Shown: piece after piece, positions 1-10,190 of the stretch
How positions within the stretch are numbered: position 1 is the first letter of the stretch
Layout of the letters: each line of letters begins with the position of its first letter
From: Octopus vulgaris
Taxonomy: Eukaryota
NCBI GenBank assembly: GCA_951406725.2
Contig: OX597833.1
Location: 32,860,001-32,924,000 of the forward strand
Length of the DNA: 64,000 nt
Reading direction: 5' to 3'
The notes under the pieces: model-generated
What the model was told of the DNA's origin: nothing
Seen by the model: the letters and a program-made list of their open reading frames with translations, nothing else
The model's database searches: none
Position numbers and translations under genes: made by a program

Positions 1-285
1 GAAGGCTTGCTCTTTTTTTCGTAGAAGGCAAAATGTAAATCGGACCATGTTAACACCAAAAATTATTTACATCAAAAAGGTGATTTTTTTCTATGAAAAT
101 CCATATTTTTTACAATCTTTTGACTGCTGTTTCGCCATTTTTCGGTGTATTTCAACCAGAAAAATGTTCACTTAAAGAGAATAACAAGCTACATAATGCT
201 TTTTACTTTTCAAAATTTTTACTCTCCAAAAATTCCAATTCTAAAGGGTCGAAACAAACCCGAGCAACGCCGGTGATACTGCTAG
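1..285 (+). mobile_element. 3' end of a non-autonomous Helitron-like element
   Basis: Ends in a short GC-rich hairpin (ccgagcaacgccgg, 260-273) followed by CTAG (282-285) then T, the canonical Helitron 3' terminus. Confidence 0.6.
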
Positions 286-492
286 TTCACTATCAATACA
301 CAACGTGTATTTATAGTGAATGTATAATGAAATGTGGAAATTGACGATTTAAAGTCTGTTCTCAGCATATTGGCATATAAATAATTTTTCTTTTGCCCTT
401 ATTTATAAGTTGTTTATAATTTTAACATTTAAAGATATTTTAATATGCTGCCAGTTTTGATGAAGTTTTTTCTGAAAAAAATTTATCCTAAA

Positions 493-493
493 T

Positions 494-543
<50 letters not shown>

Positions 544-560
544 TATATATATATATATAT
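493..560. repeat. (AGT)n followed by (TA)n microsatellite
   Basis: Direct inspection. Confidence 0.95.
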
Positions 561-750
561 CATTTGTAGAAATACATAAATCCAGAGGAGAAGCACACTC
601 TAAGATATAAAGGCCGGTTTATGGGGTCATCCAATGTTTCTCGCTCATAAGGGGTTTAGCCTTATAGTTCAGGTCAGCAGTGTTTCAGGTCTGAAGATAC
701 ACCGTAAAGCTAAACCCCTTACGAGTGAGAAACCGGCCTACCCTACTATG
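561..750. mobile_element. (TA)n-flanked palindromic mini-element with a degenerate hammerhead-like core
   Basis: ccggttt..ctcgctcataaggggtttagc (614-659) is the inverse of gctaaaccccttacgagtgagaaaccgg (709-736). On +, CTGAAGA (691-697)...GAAACCGGCC (729-738); the usual GTC is changed to GCC. Confidence 0.5.
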
Positions 751-921
751 ATATATATATATTTATATTTATATATATATATGTGTGTATTCCTTGGTAG
801 ACACCATCCCTTCATGAGGCTAACATAGCCTCTATCTGAATTCTCTCTCTCTCTCTCTTTCTTCTCCATTTTCTTTTATAGACTTTTCATTATATATATA
901 TATATCTTTATATATATATAT

Positions 922-1459
922 ATCTTTATATATATAAAACTGAGAATGTGTGTCTGTCTGTGTGTTTCCCTAAAACTTGAGAACTACACAATCAATTTCA
1001 TTCAAATTTTACACATGCCTTACTTAGGGTCCATGTAGTTTTATGGGGGAAAAAATGTTCAACTTCTTGCCGAGAGCGAGCCCATAGCAATATCATATCT
1101 TCTCCACTATTTCAGTATTACGTGATAAAAGTGAAACAAAAATATTTCTCTATTTTATGTCAGATGCTTTCACTTTAACAATAAAAATAATAATAACAAT
1201 TGAATTATATGTAGTAAGTAATAATTAAAATCAAACTAAAGTATAATATAATCGTAACATAACAAAAGTAGAAATAACAATTGGTATAAAATCGCATCAA
1301 TGATTTGAACTTGAATAAGTGGTTTCACATGAATGGGAATAAATAAAATATAAAATTAGCGTACAGAAATGGAATAGTCCAGATGGATAATAAAAAATTA
1401 AATTAAAGAAAAGACTATTGTCTATAAAGTATACAATGTAGAGAAAAAAGAAGAGCTAA
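922..1459 (+). mobile_element. 5' part of a Helitron-like non-autonomous element
   Basis: Starts A|TC-tttatatatataaaa then a short gtct microsatellite, typical of Helitron/DINE-like 5' ends; interrupted by the retroelement array. Confidence 0.4.
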
Positions 1460-3362
1460 CATTCCAGTCTTCATCGCGTGTGTTAAGTAATTGTTAGTTT
1501 TGCATATAGAAATTGAAATTTGAATCGCGCGAGGCATTTGCCGCTGCGCGTTAGAAACTTTTTGTAGAAAGTGCGCCGACCCTCAAGTCATGGAGACTTA
1601 CGCGGGGGTCGCCGCAATGAAAAGCGATACGCCGCTGACAGTAAGAGAGGTGTTCTTTAAAAAAGAACAGCTAGAGGAATTTGAGAAATTCATTGAAAGG
1701 GAGGGTGACAGAGTGAAGCTGGTCCCCCCTGTTGAAGCAAAGGCGGAAAAAGAGGACAAAACTAGAATCTATAGGACACAGGACACGACCACAAGAAAGC
1801 TATCGAGAATAGCGATAGAAGACATAGAAACATGCCTGGACGGCGTTATAAAAAAGGCTACCTTTGTATGCAGAGGCAGGAAATATGGTACGGTGGAGGT
1901 GAGGTACGCAACAAAAGAAGTTGTGGCCTCACTAGCTACCACCGTACTCAGAGGCGAAAACTTCGTCATGTGGCCTACCTACAAGGGGAAAAGAGGGGTG
2001 CGGGTTAAAATCCCAAACATACCCCCAGATTTAAAAACAGAATGGCTGGTAACAGCCATCCTAGGATCAGCAGAAGAAGGTATAGAAATTGGATCGATAA
2101 AAGAGACCAGCATAGTGAAATGGAAGGGATTCGGAGTAGAGATGTGGCTGACAGTCACAAACAGAGATATAGACCGAATTCCCTTCCAAATAGAAGTAGA
2201 AGATGGTAGACCTCTCTGCGTAATAGTTGAGGGGAGGAAGCCCAATTGTTATCTATGTGGGACAAGAGGTCATATTAAAAAAGAATGTCCGCTTTACGAA
2301 TTTGTGGCGGAGAGTGAAAAAGCAGAGAAAGAAGAAGAACCCGAAGAAGGGAACAATACTCTAAAGGAGAAAGAAAGCAAGGGAAAGGAAACAACGGTAA
2401 AAGAAAATAACAATACACAGAAGGAAAATGAAGGCAAAGAGAAGGAATTAATAGAAAAAGAACAAAAGTCACAGGTAATAGAGAAAGAAAAAGAAAGTAA
2501 AATAAAGGAAAGTGAAAAAACAGGAAAAAAACAAGAGAAGGAACAGAACCAAGAGAAAGGAAAGGCTGCTACACAAAAAGAAAAAGAAAAAACAGGAAAA
2601 GAACATACGACAGACAAAGAACCAAAAAGACAAGAGAAGGAAAAAGAAAAGGAAAGCAAAAAGAGAGAAAGAGAAAAACCGAGAGAGGGAAGTAAAGAAG
2701 AAGTAAGCCCGAAGAGGAAAACCAAAGAAAACATAGGGTCAAATAGAAGATACAAATTTTACGGAACATTGGTACAATATAAACACTGTGGGGAGATGGA
2801 AGAACTTATAAGCGAAACGGAAGGATATTCATGGGTCAGGATCGGCACGGAGTGGAAGGAAACGGGTGCACAGGTCCATGAAGACAACGCCGAGGCGTTT
2901 ATCAAGGCCGCTGGAACGAATGTAACAAGACAAATGAAGTGCCGACTACTAAGGTACCCAAAAGAAATGGAAAACTACAATGACCTAAAAAAGGTAATGG
3001 AGATAATTTAAAATTATAGAAAAAAAAGAGAAAATTTGGAAAGACTTTTGGTTATGTATTTTGAAACCTTAAAGATGTATTGCGAAAGATTTATATGTGA
3101 ATTTGTGAAAACAATTTTTCTGTAATTGATAATGTATTTTGAAATTATATTTTGAAATGTATTGAAATGTATTGCAAAATGCTGAAAAATGAATTTGTTA
3201 CTGTTGAAAACATTATAAAATGACGAAATGTAACCACCTGATTTCGGGGATCGGGTGGAGCATTACACCACATTTATACATATTTCATATTTCATTATTT
3301 TTATTTTTTTCCCCCGATTGTACTGTCCCCTCTATGTTCGCCCCTTGTGGGTAATAATAAAA
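1460..3362 (+). mobile_element. ORF1-only non-LTR retroelement, unit 1 of tandem array
   Basis: Begins with the shared motif attccagtcttcat; ~130-nt 5'UTR, intact ORF1, 3'UTR with two hairpins and AATAAAA; no ORF2. Confidence 0.85.
1590..3011 (+). CDS. L1/Tx1-type ORF1p-like protein (RRM-like region, CCHC knuckle, K/E-rich linker), 473 aa, intact
   Basis: N-terminal YA.V motif, RGRKYGTVEVRYAT and VRVKIPNIPP RRM-like segments, GRKPNCYLCGTRGHIKKECP knuckle; homologous to the ORF upstream of the APE ORF2 at 8613. Confidence 0.85.
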   Translation: METYAGVAAMKSDTPLTVREVFFKKEQLEEFEKFIEREGDRVKLVPPVEAKAEKEDKTRIYRTQDTTTRKLSRIAIEDIETCLDGVIKKATFVCRGRKYGTVEVRYATKEVVASLATTVLRGENFVMWPTYKGKRGVRVKIPNIPPDLKTEWLVTAILGSAEEGIEIGSIKETSIVKWKGFGVEMWLTVTNRDIDRIPFQIEVEDGRPLCVIVEGRKPNCYLCGTRGHIKKECPLYEFVAESEKAEKEEEPEEGNNTLKEKESKGKETTVKENNNTQKENEGKEKELIEKEQKSQVIEKEKESKIKESEKTGKKQEKEQNQEKGKAATQKEKEKTGKEHTTDKEPKRQEKEKEKESKKREREKPREGSKEEVSPKRKTKENIGSNRRYKFYGTLVQYKHCGEMEELISETEGYSWVRIGTEWKETGAQVHEDNAEAFIKAAGTNVTRQMKCRLLRYPKEMENYNDLKKVMEII

Positions 3363-5135
3363 TCTTCCAGTCTTCATTGAGTGTGTGTTGTAGTTGTGAC
3401 CAGACGGTGAATTTTTTTCTGTATAAATTGATTTGATATCGCGCGAGGCGTTTGCCTCCACGTGTGGAAACCTTCCGAAGAAGGTGAATTGACCCTCTAG
3501 TCATGGCGACTTACGCGGGGGTCACCGGAAAAAATAGCGATTCGTCACTAATTGTAAGGGAGGTGTTCTTTGAGAAGGAGAAACTCAAAGAATATGAAAA
3601 GCTTTTCAAAAGGGAGGGTGATAGCGTGAAGCTAATCCCCCCCCCCCCCGCGAAAGCAAAAGAGGATAAAGAAAGCAAGACGGTGACATATAGAACCCAA
3701 GACAAGAATACGAAGAAACTGGCAAGAGTGGAGATAGTCGAAATTGAGAAATGTCTGGGAGACATAATGGGAAAATAACCTACGTGAGTAGAGGCAAGAA
3801 ATTTGGTACGGTGGAGGTGAGATGTGCAACGGAGGAAATTGCGGCCTCACTGGCTACCACCGTACTAAGAGCCGAAAAATTCACAATGTGGCCCTCATAC
3901 AAGGGAAGAAGAGGGGTCCGGGTTAAAATCCCGAATATACCCCCAGAAGTGAAAATAGAATGGCTGGCAACAGCTATTCTAGGAGCAGCAGAAGAGGAAG
4001 TGGAGGTGGAATCAATTAAGGAGTCCAACGCGGTAAACTGGAGAGGATATGGGGTAGAATTGTGGCTGATGGCCACAAAAGAGGATATTGAAAGGTTTCC
4101 CTACAGAATTGAAATTGAAGAGGAAAAAACCCTCAGCGTAATTGTAGAGGGGAGAAAACCAAACTGTTACTTGTGTGGGACAAGGGGGCACATTAAAAAA
4201 GAGTGCCCGTTATATGAATTCGTAGCGGAGTGCGAGCAGGAACTTGAAGAAAAGAAGAATACTGTAAATGAGAAAGAAAGCATAGAAAAGGAAACAAAAC
4301 AACAAGAGAAAGGAAATAATAAGTCAATGAAGGAGAAAGAAATAAAAGAAAAGAAAGAAATAGAACCAAAACAGAGTCAGGAAAAAAAAGGAAAAAGAAA
4401 CAATAGGAAAAAAACAAGAGAGGGATCAGAATCAAACGAAAAGAAAAGACGGCACACAAAAGGAAAGGAACATAAAGCACGAGAGAAAGAGAAAACAGAC
4501 ACAGAGCCAAAAAGACAAGAGAAGGAAAGAGAAAGAAAAGAAGGCAAAAAGAGAGAAAGAGAGAAACAAAGAGAGGAGAACAAGGAAGAAATAAGCCCGA
4601 AAAGGAAGATGAAGGAAAACGCAGGACGGAAACAAGATTACTATTACTACAAGTTAGTAACCTACCATTTCTGCCCTGTAATGAATGACTTGACAAGTAA
4701 AACGGAGGGACATGTATAGGTCAACAGGATGACCGACCGGTGGCAGGAGACTGCTCTAATCCCCGAAGAAAGAGCCGCTGAGTTCCTCAGAGCTGCCGGG
4801 GAAAATGTAATATTTTACACGAAGGTTCGAGTGAGAGAGCGGCTACCTGAGGACTCAGTGATGGACTTCAGAGAAGTGAAAACAATTATAGAATATGTAT
4901 AGAATTGTGAGAGGAAAAAAAAAAGAGAAAAAAGAAAATTTTGTGAAATATATGTGACGAAAATGTAACCTCTTGATTCCGGGGATCGAGTGGACATTTA
5001 CATCTCATTGTAAATATTCTTTCATATGTCATTTTTACTTTTATTTTTTCCTTTTCTTGTCATTCGCTTTCTTATTTTAAGTTCCCCGATTGTATTGTCC
5101 CCTCTATGTTCGCCTCTTGTGGGTAGTAATAAAAT
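3363..5135 (+). mobile_element. ORF1-only non-LTR retroelement, unit 2
   Basis: Same junction motif (ttccagtcttcattgagtgtgt at 3365), same 5'UTR end (ccctctagtcATGG) and same 3'UTR hairpins/AATAAAA. Confidence 0.85.
3503..4902 (+). pseudogene. ORF1p-like paralog with a 1-nt frameshift and a premature stop
   Basis: One A missing in the run at ~3773-3776 joins ORFs 3503-3778 and 3751-4719. TAG at 4717-4719 where paralogs have TGG; homology continues in frame to TAG 4900-4902. Confidence 0.8.
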
Positions 5136-7060
5136 CATTCCAGTCTTCATTGAGTGTGTTGTTTAGTTATTTTGTATGTGAAAAATTTGGAAAAAAAACT
5201 GTTAAAAAATTGTCAAAAATTGAATCGCGCAAGGCGGTTGCCGCTGCGTGTTTGAACCTTTTATAGAAGGTGTGTCGACCCTCTAGTCATGGAGACTTAC
5301 GCGGGGGTCGCCACAACAAAAAGTGATGAGTCTCTTAGAATAAGAGAAGTGTTCTTTAGAAAAGAACAATTGAAGGAATACGAGAAGTTCATCAAAAGGG
5401 AGGGTGACAGCGTGAAGCTGGTCCCGTCTGTTGAAACAATAGAGGAGAGAAATAACAAGACGATAACGTATAGAACGCAAGATAGGAACACGAGAAAACT
5501 GGTGAGAGTGACGATTATAGAAATAGAGAAATGTCTGGGGGACATTATGAAGAAAGCGACTTTTGTAGACAGAGGAAAGAAATATGGTACGGTGGAGGTG
5601 AGATGCGCAACAAAGGAAGTGGCGGCCTCATTAGCTTCCACTGTTCTGAAAGCCGAAAATTTCACTATGTGGCCGACGTATAAAGGAAGACGAGGGGTAC
5701 GGGTAAGAGTCCCAAAGGTGCCCCCAGAAATAAAAACAGAAATGCTGGTAACAGCCATTCTAGGGTCAGCAAAGGAGGAAGTAGAAATAGGGTCAATCAA
5801 GGAGACCAACGTTGTAAATTGGAAGGGATTCGGAGTAGAGTTGTGGCTGATGGCCACAATGGAAGACATCGAAAGGTTTCCCTTCCAAATAGAAATAGAA
5901 GACGAGAAAACAATTAGTGTAATTGTGGAGGGGAGAAAACCGAATTGCTACTTGTGCGGGTCAAGAGGGCACATAAAAATGGAATGTCCGCTGTATGAAT
6001 TCACAGCGGAGCAAAAAGAGACACAAAGTGGAGAGAACAAAAAAGAACACGAAGGAAAGAACAGCGAAAACAAGGAAAAGGAAATAACGGAGAAACAACA
6101 AGAGAAGGGAAGTAACAGCGCACAGAAGGAAAATGAAAACAAAGGGAAGAAGATAGTAGAAAAGGAGCAAAATTCACAGGGTGGAGAAGTAGTGGAGAAG
6201 AAGCCAAGGCAGAAGCAAGAGAAAGAAAAGGAAAGTACATTAAAGGAAAGAGAAAAAACAGGAAAAGAACAAGAGAAGGAACAGAACCAAGAGAAAGGAA
6301 AAGATGGTATGCAAAAAGGAAAAGAAACAACAGGAAAGGAACATAAGGCACAGGGTAGAGAGACGACAGACAAAGAGCCAAAAAGACAAGAGAAGGAAAA
6401 AGAAAGAAGAGAAAGCAAAAAGAGAGAAAGAGAGAAACCGAGAGAGGAGAAAAAAGAGGAAGTAAGTCCTAAGAGAAAAACTAGAGAAAATGCAGGTACG
6501 AATAGAAAATTCAAATACTATGGAACGTTGATCCATCACATGCACTGTGAGGAGATGGAAGATTTAATAAACGTAAGAAATGGATATACGTGGGTCAGGA
6601 TGGGCACCGAATGGAAAGAAACAGGTGCACTCGTCCACGAGAACAACGCTGAGGCGTTCATCGAGGCAGCTGGCAAGAACGTGTCAAAACATATGAAATG
6701 CCGACTTACAAGGTGGCTACGAACGATGGAAATTTACCAAGATTTTGTAGAGATAATGGAGTATATATAAAAGAAAAGGTATTGTGAAAACTTTAATTTG
6801 GAAATGATAAAAAGAACTTTAAATTCTGAAGAAAAAAAATGTTGAACTTTGTAAAATTTTTGAAATATATGTTGAAAATGTGTAAAATGTTTTTATTTGG
6901 AAAATATTGTTGAGGAATAAAAAATGACGAAATGTAACCGCTCGATTTTGGGGATCGAGTGGGCATTACACCACATTGTACAAACTTCATAATTCATTAT
7001 TTTATTTTTCCCGATTGTATTGTCCCCTCTATGTTGCCCCTTGTGGGTAGGAATAAAACA
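5136..7060 (+). mobile_element. ORF1-only non-LTR retroelement, unit 3
   Basis: Junction motif at 5136, intact ORF1, conserved 3'UTR hairpins, AATAAAA at ~7052. Confidence 0.85.
5289..6770 (+). CDS. L1/Tx1-type ORF1p-like protein, 493 aa, intact
   Basis: Colinear with 1590-3011; GRKPNCYLCGSRGHIKMECP knuckle. Confidence 0.85.
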   Translation: METYAGVATTKSDESLRIREVFFRKEQLKEYEKFIKREGDSVKLVPSVETIEERNNKTITYRTQDRNTRKLVRVTIIEIEKCLGDIMKKATFVDRGKKYGTVEVRCATKEVAASLASTVLKAENFTMWPTYKGRRGVRVRVPKVPPEIKTEMLVTAILGSAKEEVEIGSIKETNVVNWKGFGVELWLMATMEDIERFPFQIEIEDEKTISVIVEGRKPNCYLCGSRGHIKMECPLYEFTAEQKETQSGENKKEHEGKNSENKEKEITEKQQEKGSNSAQKENENKGKKIVEKEQNSQGGEVVEKKPRQKQEKEKESTLKEREKTGKEQEKEQNQEKGKDGMQKGKETTGKEHKAQGRETTDKEPKRQEKEKERRESKKREREKPREEKKEEVSPKRKTRENAGTNRKFKYYGTLIHHMHCEEMEDLINVRNGYTWVRMGTEWKETGALVHENNAEAFIEAAGKNVSKHMKCRLTRWLRTMEIYQDFVEIMEYI

Positions 7061-7311
7061 ATTCCAGTCTTCATTGAGTGTGTAGTGAGTCATTATATTT
7101 TCCTCTGTTATATTCTACTGTGTTTCTGATTGACTTTGTCTGTATTGTCTGTTGTTGTACAATTATTGTAATCAGCCTTCGTGCGAGGGCTTCGTGTTGG
7201 TGTTCCCCCCTCCGTGGGGAAAATCTATCGTTATTGATGCATTTGAGGTTTGCAAAACCAAAAACCTTTTTTCGCGGTTGTGCTAAAGGCTTGTTAAGCC
7301 AGTTTTCAGAG

Positions 7312-8604
7312 ATGGACTCCCCCATCTCCTATTCACCCATGTCAAGTGATGCAGGATCACCGGCGGTGTCGCCGAAGAAAAAAGAGACCCCAGCACCAGC
7401 TAGAAAATTTTCTGAAGTCGCTGGAAAGAAAATTAAAAAAATTAACACTGAAAACCTACAGAAATACGCAGACTGTTTGATAAAAGAGGGCACAGAAGTA
7501 ACGGTGTTTACGAATGCCCAAAAGCAAGAAGAGATTGATAAAAAAAGAATAATATACAAGACTTTCAACATCACATGTAAGTCTATACAAAGAATAGAGG
7601 AGAAAAAAATAGAAAACTGCCTAAAGCCGATATGGGATAAGATTACGTACATCAATCGCGGGAAGAAATACGACACAGTGGAGGTGAGATTTGCAACGGA
7701 GGAGGTAGCCAAAAAGCTATCCATGGAACCCATGAAAGCGGAGAATATTGTTCTCCTCCCCCTGTATAGAGGCAAAAGAACCTCAAGGATAACAATGAAC
7801 AATATTCCGCCAGAAGCGGACGCCACATGTCTGGTGGCAGCAGTTATGGTAGGCCTGGAGGAAAAATAAACATCCTCCAGGCCACAGTAGAGGAGGAAGA
7901 AAATTGGAAAGGGCAGCGTATAACGATAGCCATCCAGGCAGAGATACAAACCCTGGAAGAGATTCCGGAGACACTGAAAATCAGTGAGGACGAAAGAGTC
8001 GTGGAGGGCAGAAAGCTGAGGTACTTCGGCTGCGGTAAGAAAGGGCATGTAAGGGCAGAATGCCAACCCAAACCGCAGGAAGCAGCTCAGCCAGGTGGAA
8101 GAACAGAAGAGGTGTCACCAGAAGCAGCGCCGGGCGGCCCAGAAGGGACGGCTGAAGGTGTGGAGGTGACAGAGGCAGCAGAACCGGCGGCGAAGGTAGT
8201 GGAGGAAACAAAGAGCGAGGAAACGAAAAATGAGGAGGGGTGGTCAAAATCACTAGGAAAAAAAGAAAAACTGAAACCACCCCTCCGAAAGTAAACCAAA
8301 AGAAAAAAGAGAGTCTTTGAACTCATTTATGGCCATTAAGGCCTCAAATAATAGACTCGGTAATGTGTTGGCAGCTATGGCCAAGGTAGAAAAAATTGGA
8401 AGAAAAAATGATTACATATTGTACAGAATAGGCCGGAAGGATTACGGACGGATAAAGTCCGAATTTTTTCATGACGTGAGCCCTCTCAGAATGGATATAT
8501 CATCACCATATATATTCGAGGGCCTGCGTCAGACTCCCCCGCGAGGCCCAGAAAAAGAGGAAAAAAATGAAGAAGAGAAAGGAAAAGTCGAACCACTGAT
8601 ATAA
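7312..8604 (+). pseudogene. ORF1 of the two-ORF element, frameshifted
   Basis: NRGKKYDTVEVRFATEEVA, ITMNNIPPE, knuckle YFGCGKKGHVRAEC (first Cys changed to Tyr); frameshifts near 7866 (one A missing) and ~8290. Confidence 0.75.
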
Positions 8605-8612
8605 GGTAAGTC

Positions 8613-9158
8613 ATGGATTACATTTATGTTGGTTGTTTAAATGTGCGCGGCCTGGGATCAAGCTGGAAGCAAGGTCGCTTCCTTAATGATATCAGGTCGC
8701 GTAATTTGGATGTTATTGTTGCTACAGAAACGCGGTTAGAGGGGCCAAGAGGTCTACTCCCGCTGTTTGACGGCTACGAGAGTTTTTTCTCTCCGGCCAG
8801 TCCTACAGGCGGGAGTGGGGTGTTGGTCCTATTAAAAAGAAACCGGGTTTTTGAGAAAAAGTTAATTTTTTCAGACCCAGAAGGTAGGCTGGTCGTCATG
8901 GATTTGACGTTCAGTAACGGTAAAGTTATCAGACTGGTTGCAACTTACGCACCCAACCAAAAAAGGCAAAGTGATTATTTTCGAGAACTGGAAAACTTTC
9001 TTGGTACTTCGCATTCATTAGTTGTGCTAGGAGACTTTAACACAATTTGCAAAGCGGATGTAGATTGTGTTGGCTTGCGTCCAGATAGAAAAGGTAACAT
9101 TGGCTTCCTGGAACTGCTAAGCCACTTTGAGCTAGCAGATCCTTATAGGTTGGAATAA
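8613..9158 (+). CDS. AP-like endonuclease domain of LINE ORF2 (N-terminal fragment)
   Basis: LNVRGL, DVIVATET, GGSGVLVL, GRLV, TYAPN, VLGDFN motifs; ends before the C-terminal D/SDH catalytic motifs; no RT. Confidence 0.9.
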   Translation: MDYIYVGCLNVRGLGSSWKQGRFLNDIRSRNLDVIVATETRLEGPRGLLPLFDGYESFFSPASPTGGSGVLVLLKRNRVFEKKLIFSDPEGRLVVMDLTFSNGKVIRLVATYAPNQKRQSDYFRELENFLGTSHSLVVLGDFNTICKADVDCVGLRPDRKGNIGFLELLSHFELADPYRLE

Positions 9159-9161
9159 TTG

Positions 9162-9189
9162 GAATAATTGGCACATATTATATTTACAG

Positions 9190-9249
<60 letters not shown>

Positions 9250-10082
9250 ATATATGCACTCTGCATCGACAGTAGATTGCATTCCCAGAATACAGAATGA
9301 TACCCTTTTAGTGAACATATTCAGAAATGTGCAAAGCAAATGCTACCACAATTTGTAATCTTTCTATTCTATCAATGTACCATTGGAGCACCAACACAAA
9401 TTAGATTAAGTAAGGAAACCTTTTCATTGAAAAATATAAGCTAAAACTTAACCATTTCTAACATTTTTAAATAAGGAAATTCTCCTCATTGAAAAAAAGT
9501 ATAAGGCAAAAACCTAACCACTTGTAACATTCTATTCCTTCTAAACCAAATTATGTTAAATTAATTAAGCCTAGTCATTCCCAACATCTTTGATTATCTC
9601 CCTTATACCGGAAAAAATCCCTAATTACCTACCCCTGCCTGGAACTCCATATTTCACAACATAGCGAAGAGATGACACGATATAGGTAAAGAAATTTTGA
9701 AAGAAAATACGAAAACAGTTATTTCTCCCAAAACTTGGTTACTATACGCAAAATTTTATAACATTTTTCTAACGATGTTACTGTTGTTTTAGCCCCAAGA
9801 AACATCGCTTCAAGATGACCGTACGACACAATATCTGTGTCCTTATATTTTCGAACAGGGATTTCGGCACTCCCACCTGGCGAAAAACACCATCTGTGAA
9901 CTAGTCCAAAGATGTTGTTTTGCGCTAGGTGAGAGTGCTGAACTCCCTGTACAAATATATAAGGAGACAGATAGTGTGTCGTACAGTCAGCTTGAAGTGA
10001 TGTTTCTTGGGGCTAAAACAACAGTAACATCGTCCTTGCCAGGACAGCTACATTACGTTGGCGAATAGGCTTTACTTTATAT

Positions 10083-10160
<78 letters not shown>

Positions 10161-10190
10161 CTGTAAATATAATATGTGCCAATTATTCGG
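9162..10190. repeat. Inverted duplication, arms 9162-9253 / 10078-10190 including (TG)n/(CA)n
   Basis: gaataattggcacatattatatttacagatat(gt)n..gcgtatata is the reverse complement of the right arm. Confidence 0.85.
9772..10033. repeat. Inverted repeat with ~80-bp arms
   Basis: 9772-9849 vs 9954-10033; the right arm is homologous to 38015-38090, just downstream of the hammerhead at 37928. Confidence 0.8.

Larger units (their letters stand above)
7061..9158 (+). mobile_element. L1/Tx1-clade LINE (ORF1+ORF2), 3'-truncated; unit 4 of the array
   Basis: Same 22-nt start motif; frameshifted ORF1 followed 8 nt later by an APE ORF2; cut off at 9158. Confidence 0.85.

Noticed and set aside
1769-6545. 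Minus-strand F/S/L-rich ORFs
   Set aside because: Antisense shadows of the purine-rich K/E linker.
1460-7083. Array read as an LTR retrotransposon (LTR-gag-LTR)
   Set aside because: No TG..CA termini, PBS or PPT; unit 1 has no upstream copy of the 3'UTR; the linked ORF2 is an AP endonuclease (non-LTR).
1460-7083. Regularly spaced 22-nt repeat as a CRISPR array or an snRNA/tRNA target
   Set aside because: The spacers are ~1.8-kb paralogous genes in eukaryotic DNA, and I see no match of the motif to U2 or tRNA as I recall them (an Rfam search is needed).
7078-7311. N-terminal extension of the ORF 7078-7869
   Set aside because: Starts at a non-ATG codon in the T-rich 5'UTR; ATG 7312 is the more plausible start.
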